From: a bacterium
GTDB lineage: Bacteria; UBA8248
Length of the DNA: 64,000 nt
Assembly: GCA_965219955.1 (NCBI GenBank)
Contig: OZ244799.1
Coordinates: forward strand, 1,312,001 to 1,376,000
Direction of reading: 5' to 3'
Positions 51,035-59,881 of the stretch are shown piece after piece (positions within the stretch are counted from its first letter, which is position 1; every line of letters starts with the position of its first letter). The notes below the pieces were generated by a model that searched no databases, was not told the origin of the DNA, and saw nothing but the letters and a program-made list of their open reading frames with translations. The position numbers and the translations under genes were made by a program.

Positions 51035-52231
51035 CTATTCGCCTTTTCTGCTCTCAGGAGATGACTTCGTAACGTCCTTCATTTTCTCCACTTGCTTCTC
51101 TTTTTTCGTTATCGTTGACGGTTCATTACCGAAAAGATAATACACGCTGTCCTTATAGGTGGCAAAGATCATCAAACCGATGAGTAGAACGGTGCCGACC
51201 TGCATGGCCAACTCCCGGACTCTCAGGCTAATAGGTTTGCCACGCAAGCCTTCAATAAGCAAGAAAAAAATATGCCCGCCATCGAGAACCGGAATCGGCA
51301 GCAAGTTCAAAATCGCCAGATTGATGCTGAGCAAAATCGTAAACATGACAAGGTAGCGGAACCCGCGCTGCGCCTGCTCTGCGGCCACCACGGAGATACG
51401 AATCGGCCCTCCGATGTCCGCAGGAATGGTCTTCGTGAGCATCGAATACAACGTAACGACCGTTAAGCTGGCGATGCGGTAATTTTGCTCAAAACCCTTT
51501 CCCAGAGACTCCAGAAAGCCAAAACGCTCGGTGTAGGTGCCTTGTCCGATACTGATCCCGATCCGGCCGTAGCCCAACTCTTTCCCCGTCGTGCTCTTCG
51601 ATGTCGGAACGATGGGAGTCTCAAAGGATTTGCGGCCGCGCTCCACCGTCAACACAAGTTCTTTACCGGCATTTCTTCGTACGATTTCGACAAGCTCGGA
51701 CCACTTTTGAATTCGCGTCCCATCAATAGCCACGATGTGATCGCCGGTTTGAAGGTTCGCATTTTGCGCAGGCGTATCAGGCAATACACCACCGACCCAG
51801 GTTCCGGGTACTGGAATACCACCAAGGTGCAACCCCCAGCTGAGGAGTATGGCCAGGGCGACGTTAAACAAGGGTCCTGCAGAAATGACGGCCAATCGGT
51901 GGCTCACAGGGCGCAAGTAGAAAGATTTCTCCGGCTCTTCCGGCTCTTTGGGCGCATCGGGATTATCAGGTTGCGCTTCCGGGTCTTCTCCCACGAGCTT
52001 CACATAGCCGCCCAGGGGAATCAGTGACACGCGATATTCCGTCTCTCCCCGCTGAAAACCCCAGATGCGGCGGCCGAAGCCCAAAGAGAATGTGGAAACC
52101 CCGATTTTGAGCCATTTCGCAACGAGATGATGGCCCAACTCATGGATAAAAATGAGCAACCCGAGAACCAGCACTGCCCAGAAAATCGTTTGCCCAAACC
52201 CCATCACCCAGTTGATGATTTGCATCGCCAT
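51035..52231 (-). CDS. rseP: RIP metalloprotease RseP
   Basis: HELGH, FSLGFG, PLGGYV, PDZ domain, NLLPIPVLDGG. Confidence 0.96.
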   Translation of the reverse strand: MAMQIINWVMGFGQTIFWAVLVLGLLIFIHELGHHLVAKWLKIGVSTFSLGFGRRIWGFQRGETEYRVSLIPLGGYVKLVGEDPEAQPDNPDAPKEPEEPEKSFYLRPVSHRLAVISAGPLFNVALAILLSWGLHLGGIPVPGTWVGGVLPDTPAQNANLQTGDHIVAIDGTRIQKWSELVEIVRRNAGKELVLTVERGRKSFETPIVPTSKSTTGKELGYGRIGISIGQGTYTERFGFLESLGKGFEQNYRIASLTVVTLYSMLTKTIPADIGGPIRISVVAAEQAQRGFRYLVMFTILLSINLAILNLLPIPVLDGGHIFFLLIEGLRGKPISLRVRELAMQVGTVLLIGLMIFATYKDSVYYLFGNEPSTITKKEKQVEKMKDVTKSSPESRKGE

Positions 52232-52249
52232 TCTCGATTCAATCCTTAT

Positions 52250-52990
52250 TTATCGCTGGCCGTTATGAGCCGGCATTTGTATAACTTCGACATTCGGCGG
52301 CACGACAAACTGAAATTTCTCTCCTGCAATTCTGACGTTTTCTTCGACATCAGAAAACCGCAGGTGGCTTTTATTGCCGATGTTGTCAATATAGGCCAAG
52401 GTGAGGATTCTGAAATTCTCAGGGTCCACCTCGACCCACATTCGGCGAAACGAGGCGCCCGCGGCCTTAGGCTCCAAACGAATGCGATGAGGCTGACCAG
52501 CCTTCCAGATTCCCCCGCTTCGCCTGGCAACGCCAATTTCTTCTACGGTTACATGAAAATTCTTTTTCAAATTCCCCTTGCCCGACAAGAATAACAAAGG
52601 AGTCGCACCAAACCCAGAGCCTCCGGTTTCGGAAACAATCACCTGCTTGAAGCGGACCGTGTAGAGCCAATACTTGCGGCCATCAGAGACCAGAACCTGC
52701 TTTTCAGGCTTGACGTACTCCATGCGCAATTTGCCGGGCTTCTTCCACGCGAAAAGCCCGCTCGACGTCGTTGTTCGTCCAAGGGATTTCAATTCATTTT
52801 TCTGCTCGAAAGAGGCTTGCAGGGATTCCAGGGCCTCATATTTTTCCTGGAGCGTCGTGACTATTTTCTCCATTTTCAGACGCGATTCTTCCGCCACAGG
52901 CGCGCCAGATGCGCGCCCTTGCGAATACGCGAGAAACGAAAAAAGAAATACCAGTATCAGGAAACTCGATTTGCGCAAAACTCTCTTCAT
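52250..52990 (-). CDS. lolA: Outer-membrane lipoprotein carrier LolA
   Basis: Signal peptide, ASFEQ, KKPGKLRMEY, VSDG..W.Y, FQFVVPPNVEVI. Confidence 0.88.
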   Translation of the reverse strand: MKRVLRKSSFLILVFLFSFLAYSQGRASGAPVAEESRLKMEKIVTTLQEKYEALESLQASFEQKNELKSLGRTTTSSGLFAWKKPGKLRMEYVKPEKQVLVSDGRKYWLYTVRFKQVIVSETGGSGFGATPLLFLSGKGNLKKNFHVTVEEIGVARRSGGIWKAGQPHRIRLEPKAAGASFRRMWVEVDPENFRILTLAYIDNIGNKSHLRFSDVEENVRIAGEKFQFVVPPNVEVIQMPAHNGQR

Positions 52991-53003
52991 CCTCTGTGGA
53001 TAA

Positions 53004-53657
53004 CTACTCCGAAACGGGCGAGATGAAACCGCGCTGTTCCGCAAGAGCGTCTCCTGCATATTGCACAGTGCCATCAATACAGCGAACACTTCCCTCGGCG
53101 ATGAGCCGCACCGCCAACGGGTATATGCGGTGCTCATAAACGAGAATCCTCTCCGAAAGGGTATTCTCATCGTCATGAGGCAGCACCGGCACAGCGGCTT
53201 GTAAAATGATCGGCCCCGTATCCACCCCCTCGTCCACGAAGTGGACCGTGCAGCCGGCCACCCTCACGCCGGCGTCCAGCGCTTTTTTCTGTGCATGCAG
53301 GCCCGGGAAACTCGGCAGAAGCGAGGGGTGAATGTTGATGATTCTCCCTGCAAAACGGCTCACGAAATCCGGCGGCAAAATACGCATAAAACCAGCGCAA
53401 CAGATGAGGTCGATTTCGCAATTTTCGATTTCATCTCCCATCCGCAGAAAAAAAGCATCGTCCTTGGGCGCGAAGTGTCTGTGTCTTATTCCAGCCTTCG
53501 AGGCGCGCTCGAGAGCATACGCATTTCTTCTGTCACTCAGCACCAGCACAACTTCCGCCGGAAAACCCGTTTTCCGCCCGGCATCGATGAGGGCCTGCAG
53601 ATTCGACCCGCGCCCCGAGGCCAAAACACCCACCCGTAATTGTGCTCTTGCGTTCAC
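53004..53657 (-). CDS. purN: Phosphoribosylglycinamide formyltransferase
   Basis: SGRGSNLQA, AGFMRIL, NIHPSLLP, GCTVHFV, DTGPII. Confidence 0.97.
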   Translation of the reverse strand: MNARAQLRVGVLASGRGSNLQALIDAGRKTGFPAEVVLVLSDRRNAYALERASKAGIRHRHFAPKDDAFFLRMGDEIENCEIDLICCAGFMRILPPDFVSRFAGRIINIHPSLLPSFPGLHAQKKALDAGVRVAGCTVHFVDEGVDTGPIILQAAVPVLPHDDENTLSERILVYEHRIYPLAVRLIAEGSVRCIDGTVQYAGDALAEQRGFISPVSE

Positions 53658-53660
53658 GAT

Positions 53661-54713
53661 TTATATGCTTTCAATGACGACGGAATGACCATCCTTTGTT
53701 CTTGGGGCGACTTCGCCGACAACCATGGCCTGTTCTCCGGCATTTCTCAAACATTCGAGCAAATATCCCGCTCGCTCGGCCCTCGCGAGGAAGACAAAAC
53801 CCAGGCCCATATTAAAAGTGCGATACATCTCCGCGCTCTCAACCGGACCGAGCTCTTGAATCAACGGAAATATCTCCGGCATCTCCCACTTTTCCGGATA
53901 GAATTTCGCCTGCAATCCATCCGGCACCACACGGCTCACATTTCCCGGAATGCCGCCTCCCGTGATGTGCGCGGCGCCGCTTATCCCCTCTTCTCCTCGA
54001 ACAGAGCCAGCTCCATTGGCGTAAATCCGGGTCGGCTCCAATAAGACATTTTCAACAGGAACACCCAGCCTTTCCGCCGCAAAATCCCGTTTTCCTTCTG
54101 ACTCGAATATCTTCCGCACCAGAGAATACCCGTTGCTATGAATTCCTGAAGAAGGCAGTGCGAGTATGGCGTCGCCGGCTTTCACAGGCGGCCTGTCGTC
54201 CAATTTCCTGCGTTCAACCACCCCTACCGCAAAACCAGCGAGATCGTAAACGCCCGGTCCATACATGTCGGGCATCTCCGCCGTCTCACCACCGATGAGG
54301 GCGCAACCTGCCTCCCGGCAACCCTGGGCGATTCCGGATACGGCTGCCTTCAATACGTTTTGATCGATCCTGCCCGTCGCGATGTAGTCGAGAAAAAAAA
54401 GGGGTTCTGCTCCCGTGGTCAGGATGTCGTTGACGCACATGGCCACCAGGTCAATCCCAACGGAATCATGGCGCTCGAACTCCTGGGCCAGGAGCAACTT
54501 CGTGCCGACGCCGTCGGTGCCTGAAACGAGTACGGGATCCTCATATTCGCCACCCAGGCGGAACAAACCCGCAAAATCAGCCGACCCCTTCAGGATACGA
54601 CCGCTTTGGCTGTCATGGGTAGATGCAACAGCCTGGGCGATGGCGTGAACGAAGTCATCTCCCGAGTGCACATCGACACCTGCGTCGCGGTATGTCAGAC
54701 GATCCTCATTCAA
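53661..54713 (-). CDS. purM: Phosphoribosylformylglycinamidine cyclo-ligase
   Basis: YRDAGVD, TDGVGTK, GGETAEMP, SSGIHSNGYSL, HITGGG, TFNMG. Confidence 0.97.
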   Translation of the reverse strand: MNEDRLTYRDAGVDVHSGDDFVHAIAQAVASTHDSQSGRILKGSADFAGLFRLGGEYEDPVLVSGTDGVGTKLLLAQEFERHDSVGIDLVAMCVNDILTTGAEPLFFLDYIATGRIDQNVLKAAVSGIAQGCREAGCALIGGETAEMPDMYGPGVYDLAGFAVGVVERRKLDDRPPVKAGDAILALPSSGIHSNGYSLVRKIFESEGKRDFAAERLGVPVENVLLEPTRIYANGAGSVRGEEGISGAAHITGGGIPGNVSRVVPDGLQAKFYPEKWEMPEIFPLIQELGPVESAEMYRTFNMGLGFVFLARAERAGYLLECLRNAGEQAMVVGEVAPRTKDGHSVVIESI

Positions 54714-54764
54714 AAGTGATGTTCCATGATTTAGCAGGCGGAATCGCTCGGGATGAACTCAAAA

Positions 54765-56897
54765 TCAGCCGTGGACTTCCATCAGCTTCTTGACCAAAGC
54801 CACATTGTGCCGGTGACCACTTCTCTCGGCGGTCACTTTCCCCCGGATAGGACGACCGGTTAAATACAGGTCTCCGATAACGTCAAGAATTTTATGTCGA
54901 ACGAACTCATTGGGAAATCGCAGTTGGGTATTCACGACACGCGCCTTGTCCACAAGAATCACGTTATCCCAACGCCCCCCCTCGGCCAGGCCCATTTTCT
55001 CGAGCGACTCCAGCTCAGAAACAAAACCAAACGTACGAGCGGGCGCGATTTCTTCCTGGAAACTCAAGGCATTCTTATGTTCGTAGAGGTAGGATTGTTT
55101 TCCAATCGGCTCAGGATAATCGATGAGGTAGGAAACCGAAAAAGAATCCGCCGGCTCTATACGAATATACCCCTTCTCGTCGGCCGGCTCGCCGATTTCG
55201 TAAACCTTGTCAACCCACAAGTCTTCGCGTTTTTCCTTTTGATCCTCGATACCCGCTTCTTCGAGCAAGCGGCAAAACTCGACTGCCGATCCATCCATGA
55301 CGGGCACTTCCTCGCTCATCTTGATGAGTATATTGCTAATCTTATACGCGTGCAGCGCGCTCATGAGATGCTCTATCGTTCGAGCCGTCACGGCCCCATT
55401 GCGCAAGTTCGTCGCATGGTTGGTGCCATCCACGGAATCGACATTCGCCCTCACAATATCGGGGCTCGTCAGGCTGCCGAACTGAATCCCGCTCCCCGGC
55501 GACAAGGGTTCAATGATCAATCCCGTTTTCAGCCCCGAGTGAAGCCCCCGGCCATACAACACGACACTCTTCGAAATACTCCTTTGACTTGTTTCCCTAA
55601 GCGTCGCTGAAGCCGGCAATACGGGCTCTATATCGTATGCTTTTATTTTTCGCTTTAAGGCAGGCTTCGTCATGCCTACAGCCTGGGCGGTTTTGTTGAT
55701 ATCCCAACCGTGCTCTTCCAAATGGAAGGACAGGTACTTTCTCTCCCATTGGGTTCTGGCCACATTGAAATGAGACGGGACGTCGTCTCTCGATGTGTCC
55801 GCTTCGAAATCAGAAGCTTCGCGTATCGCGTACGGCAAGTGGGCGATTTGAATCTCCGCTCCTTGTGATGCATATGCCGCTTTGGTCACTGCGCCTTTCA
55901 GTTCAGCTATATTGCCCGGCCAGTCATAGTCTTCAAGTAATGCAATGACATCCTCTGAAAATTTCTTCTCATACCTGCCAATTTCCGTGCATTCATTCAA
56001 AAATCTGTTGGCTAACGGGAGAATGTCCTCTTTTCGTTCGCGCAAAGAGGGCAAATTTATTACATCGGCGCCTATCTGGGTGGACAAGGCCCGTACGTAA
56101 GCCTTGTCTTTCGGGGTCCCCATGTGATCAAGAGATACCACCAAACGTATTGAATCCGTTGCATGCCCAAGGAACCGAGCGAGAAACCCCTCACGCTCGG
56201 CCATGGGCAACTGCTCCAGACCATCAAGATATACCGTCCCCTGAAAGGTGCCGGGCACCAGCCGCTCCAGCGTCTCTTCCCATTCGCCTGCCTCAGCCAC
56301 CGGAAACAGCGAGCGGCAATGAACCGGCCTGAAGCCTTCCTCTTCACTGATGCCGTTCTTATGAATCATCCTCGCTATAAAACGCTTGCCGGTTCCCCTT
56401 TCGCCCGCGATCAGCAAGGGGCCAATATCTTTCGCCGCTCTCCTGATAGCTCTTCGAACCCTTTGGATACCCTTGCTGGCGCCGTCAAGCATTACATCAA
56501 AGACATCACTTACCTTGGGCTCCTTGGCCCTTCGCGCTTGAACAGCGGAATCGACTATACGCAAAACCGCATCGATGGACAGGGGTTTTTCAATGAAATT
56601 GAAAGCTCCCAACTTGGTTGCGGCCACGGCGGTTTCAATATTGCCGTGGCCCGACATCACGACGACTTCGATATCCGCGTTCGACTCTTTCACCGCTTGC
56701 AGGGTCTTGATTCCATCAATGCCCGGCATCCACACGTCGACCAAAACCACATCAGGAGTTTCAGTTCGAACCAGCTTCAGGGCAGTTTCTCCAGACTCGG
56801 CCCGCTCTACACGATACCCTTCATCGTGCAAAACGTCTTCCAGGCTGGCGAGTATCTCGCGCTCATCATCGACGATGAGGACATGTCCCTTATCCAA
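54765..56897 (-). CDS. lpxC: Fusion: NtrX-like receiver + degenerate AAA+ + Fis-type HTH + UDP-3-O-acyl-GlcNAc deacetylase LpxC
   Basis: Receiver LIVDDE / LVDVWMP / MSGHG / FIEKP; GERGTGK, WPGNIAEL; HTH; then QRSI..GRGLHSG, TIEHLMSAL, PVMDGSA, ARTFGF, EFVRHKILDVIGDL, SGHRHN. Confidence 0.92.
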   Translation of the reverse strand: MDKGHVLIVDDEREILASLEDVLHDEGYRVERAESGETALKLVRTETPDVVLVDVWMPGIDGIKTLQAVKESNADIEVVVMSGHGNIETAVAATKLGAFNFIEKPLSIDAVLRIVDSAVQARRAKEPKVSDVFDVMLDGASKGIQRVRRAIRRAAKDIGPLLIAGERGTGKRFIARMIHKNGISEEEGFRPVHCRSLFPVAEAGEWEETLERLVPGTFQGTVYLDGLEQLPMAEREGFLARFLGHATDSIRLVVSLDHMGTPKDKAYVRALSTQIGADVINLPSLRERKEDILPLANRFLNECTEIGRYEKKFSEDVIALLEDYDWPGNIAELKGAVTKAAYASQGAEIQIAHLPYAIREASDFEADTSRDDVPSHFNVARTQWERKYLSFHLEEHGWDINKTAQAVGMTKPALKRKIKAYDIEPVLPASATLRETSQRSISKSVVLYGRGLHSGLKTGLIIEPLSPGSGIQFGSLTSPDIVRANVDSVDGTNHATNLRNGAVTARTIEHLMSALHAYKISNILIKMSEEVPVMDGSAVEFCRLLEEAGIEDQKEKREDLWVDKVYEIGEPADEKGYIRIEPADSFSVSYLIDYPEPIGKQSYLYEHKNALSFQEEIAPARTFGFVSELESLEKMGLAEGGRWDNVILVDKARVVNTQLRFPNEFVRHKILDVIGDLYLTGRPIRGKVTAERSGHRHNVALVKKLMEVHG

Positions 56898-59154
56898 TGG
56901 AAGCCGTCCTTTGCTTTTCAGGCGTGATGTCCGCAGCAGGCGCCAATGGCAACGTTACGCGAAAAACAGAACCCGCGGGATAGTTGTCTCGCACGCCTAT
57001 CGTTCCATTATGGTCCGCCACGATGCGATGACATATAGCCAAACCCAACCCCGAGCCTCTGTCTTTCGTAGAAAAATAAGGAGAGAATATATGGCCTTTC
57101 ACATCTTCCGATATACCCTGCCCCTGGTCGGCAACTTCAATAACTATCATATTTCTGTCCGTATCGCTCCATGCCTGCAAATTTATCTCGCCTTCGACCT
57201 CCTGGGATTCAAAGGCGTTTTCCAGCAAATTGATGAACACGCGCTGCAACTGCTCGGGATCCGCCATGATCGCTGCATTCCCTGCAGTGATTTGAATGGA
57301 AAATTTCACATTCCCTTTTCTGCCGCGATATAAATTCGCAACATCTTCGATGAGGGGAGCAAACCCGCAAAGCCTCAGTCTCGGCTCCGGCATTCGCGCG
57401 AATCGGCTGAATTCATTCACCATTTCAATCAGACTCGTTACCTGGTTGATAATGGTGTCCGTGCAAGATTCAAATACTTCCGCAAAATCATAGGCTTCAC
57501 TTTCAAATTTTCTTCTCATTCTCTGGGCAGAGAGTTGAATCGGCGTAAGCGGATTTTTGATCTCATGCGCGATGCCGCGAGCCACTTCCTGCCATGCGGC
57601 CACTTTCTGAGCCCGTATCAAAGCCGTCATATCATCAAACACAATGACTGCTCCGAGCCTGCCACCATCCGCGCTTTTGAGCAGGGTCAAACTCGCGCGC
57701 AGCGTCAGTACGCGGCCATCAATCATGATCTCCACTTGCTCCGAAGCGCTCTGGTGTTTTCGATCCCTCATGGAACGCATCAGATGACGGACGGGTTCGA
57801 GATGCGCGCTTTCGAAAACCTCGCTGAACATTCGACCCACGGCATCTTGAGGCTCAATGCTCAGCAACTCCCCGGCCGCTTTGTTGAGAATGGTAACGCG
57901 CCCCCGGCGATTGATTGATATCACACCAGCTCCGATATTTTCGAGCATCGCTTCCATATACCTGCGTCTTCTGTCGATTTCCAGGTTGGAATGGCTCAAG
58001 ATTTCAGAGGATTCTTCGATTTTCTCTTTATTGGCCAACAATTCTTCCGTCATGCTGTTGAATGCGTTGACCAGAATCCCCACTTCCCCGTCTGCCTGCG
58101 CATCCACGCGATGTTCGAGATCGCCATCCGACACCGCCCTTGTGGCTTCCGCCAATTTCTCGATGGGAACCGTAATCCCGCGCGCGAGGTAGAAGCCAAA
58201 CCATATGGCCGCAAAGAGAATGAGCAAAGTGACCACCAAAAAGGTGATGATGTAGTTTGCCTTGATTGGATCCTTGGACAGTTCCAACTCCTTATAACTC
58301 ACGAAGGAGTCCGATATGTCTTTGATCTTCTCCACGAGCCTGTCCGAAACATATTTGGATACGACGACAAACCCCACTACTTTCTTTTGAACCTTCAAAG
58401 GCGCCACGCCATAGATGACATCACCCTTTTCCCAATTCTCTATACTTGAGCGCGCCCCCCCATCAATCACCTGATCCACGTATCCCGCCAGTGGGGAGAA
58501 TGTCGCGGCTCGTTCCAACCCCGGACGTTTGACCGATACGATCTCTTTTCGGTCTCTATCGTAGAGTTGGATGAAGTCTACCCCTAAGCTCTTTCTCTCG
58601 GATTCCAGTTTTTTTTCAATCGCCTCAGGGTTCGCTAACGTGTCGGAGTGCGACTTCTCCAACACAAGCGCCAGTCGACTCGCACTGAACAGCGCGTTTC
58701 GCTCCACCTCCCGATAATACGTCTGAGCCACCTCGAACGACCCTTTGAGCGCTCTCTCCACATTCATGTTGAACAAGGCGTTAAAGCTCTGGTTTATCAA
58801 GCCGCTGGCGACCACAAAAAGAGCCACCACAGGGATGAGCGTGAATCCCACAAAAGCCAACACAAGCTTCAATTGCAAGCGTGAACGGCCGGCGCCCGTT
58901 CTCCCCTCGTAGTAAAGACGCACCAGGTGCTTTGCCACCAAAAGAAGAACCACCATGAGCAGAATGATGCTCAGGTTCACAAGCGCAAATACAACGACGT
59001 TGTTAAGCAGGGGGACTCCCGGCTCAAGCTCCTTGAAGTAAATCCAGGCCGTGAACGAGAGAGTCGCAATGACGATCAAAGCGATGAAAGAGCGCAGAAG
59101 CGTTCTTCGTCGACGGGAAGAGATTTCCAGGTTTTTCAGTCGCTTTGGATACAA
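56890..59154 (-). CDS. ntrY: NtrY-like membrane sensor histidine kinase (TMs, HAMP, PAS, HisKA, HATPase)
   Basis: ARGITVPI HAMP, AWQEVARGIAHEIKNPLTPIQLSAQR H-box, NLLENA, DQGQG, GSGLGL. Confidence 0.9.
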   Translation of the reverse strand: MYPKRLKNLEISSRRRRTLLRSFIALIVIATLSFTAWIYFKELEPGVPLLNNVVVFALVNLSIILLMVVLLLVAKHLVRLYYEGRTGAGRSRLQLKLVLAFVGFTLIPVVALFVVASGLINQSFNALFNMNVERALKGSFEVAQTYYREVERNALFSASRLALVLEKSHSDTLANPEAIEKKLESERKSLGVDFIQLYDRDRKEIVSVKRPGLERAATFSPLAGYVDQVIDGGARSSIENWEKGDVIYGVAPLKVQKKVVGFVVVSKYVSDRLVEKIKDISDSFVSYKELELSKDPIKANYIITFLVVTLLILFAAIWFGFYLARGITVPIEKLAEATRAVSDGDLEHRVDAQADGEVGILVNAFNSMTEELLANKEKIEESSEILSHSNLEIDRRRRYMEAMLENIGAGVISINRRGRVTILNKAAGELLSIEPQDAVGRMFSEVFESAHLEPVRHLMRSMRDRKHQSASEQVEIMIDGRVLTLRASLTLLKSADGGRLGAVIVFDDMTALIRAQKVAAWQEVARGIAHEIKNPLTPIQLSAQRMRRKFESEAYDFAEVFESCTDTIINQVTSLIEMVNEFSRFARMPEPRLRLCGFAPLIEDVANLYRGRKGNVKFSIQITAGNAAIMADPEQLQRVFINLLENAFESQEVEGEINLQAWSDTDRNMIVIEVADQGQGISEDVKGHIFSPYFSTKDRGSGLGLAICHRIVADHNGTIGVRDNYPAGSVFRVTLPLAPAADITPEKQRTASIG

Positions 59155-59157
59155 AAT

Positions 59158-59763
59158 TCACATTCCTTTAGAACTGAACGTCCGGGAATAGCTCCAATCA
59201 GAATTCTTCCCCCAAAAAGCGAGCAAATAATTAAAGGGAAAAACAAAATCCACCTGATTCAATCGCGCCCTGATTTTGACATAATATCGACCATTGAGGG
59301 ACAGGGCCTCGCCAGACAGAATGGGCGCGCCATTCAATTCACGCATCCAGTCCATCATTTCGTCCTGGCTTTTCGTCACTTTTCTTTCAATGTCTTTCGC
59401 GCCTTCTTTGAGATGAAAGGTGTATGTTTTTTTCAAGGCGCTATATTTCACCTGATGATGCAATTGCCGCGCAGCGACTTCCAGATCATAGATTAGCTTG
59501 CGAGAGCGGAGGAGACTGACATCAAAGATAAACTTCGTGGTCACACCGCTATGGATGGCTTCCAGGAGCTTTGGCGAAAACGCGCCCAAAAGAGAACCAA
59601 AAACGAGCAACTCCCCTTTCTTTTCAACGACGACGATATCCCGTATTCGAATTCCGCCCTGGTCATCCGTTGCGGACAGCGCCGGCCCCGCCAGAAAGAA
59701 GAGCACACAAATGGCCATGCTCAGTTTTCTCAGAACAAATGTTTTCTGGAAGTTAGACAACAT
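59158..59763 (-). CDS. DUF4390-like exported protein
   Basis: Signal peptide, EAIHSGV..F, KYSALKKTY, YYVKIRA; usual position upstream of ntrY. Confidence 0.75.
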   Translation of the reverse strand: MLSNFQKTFVLRKLSMAICVLFFLAGPALSATDDQGGIRIRDIVVVEKKGELLVFGSLLGAFSPKLLEAIHSGVTTKFIFDVSLLRSRKLIYDLEVAARQLHHQVKYSALKKTYTFHLKEGAKDIERKVTKSQDEMMDWMRELNGAPILSGEALSLNGRYYVKIRARLNQVDFVFPFNYLLAFWGKNSDWSYSRTFSSKGM

Positions 59764-59881
59764 ATGTTCTCCTTGGCCCTTAAGTTCAATGCTACCGCAT
59801 ACAACAAAAGCTCTCAATCCCCTTGTTTGGCCTCTCTGCCCTCAAGGCTTCATAAAACACATCCAGATGGCGCGCCGTGGT

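Noticed and set aside
52991-53176. N-terminal extensions in the ORF track (lolA; also tsaE to 41773, lptB to 39705, cupin from 15247, yciI to 14962)
   Set aside because: They overlap neighbouring genes or repeats; downstream starts fit the family N-termini better.
54765-56897. Annotating the response regulator as an ordinary sigma54 activator
   Set aside because: It lacks GAFTGA and the Walker B glutamate, and its C-terminal ~274 aa are clearly LpxC.
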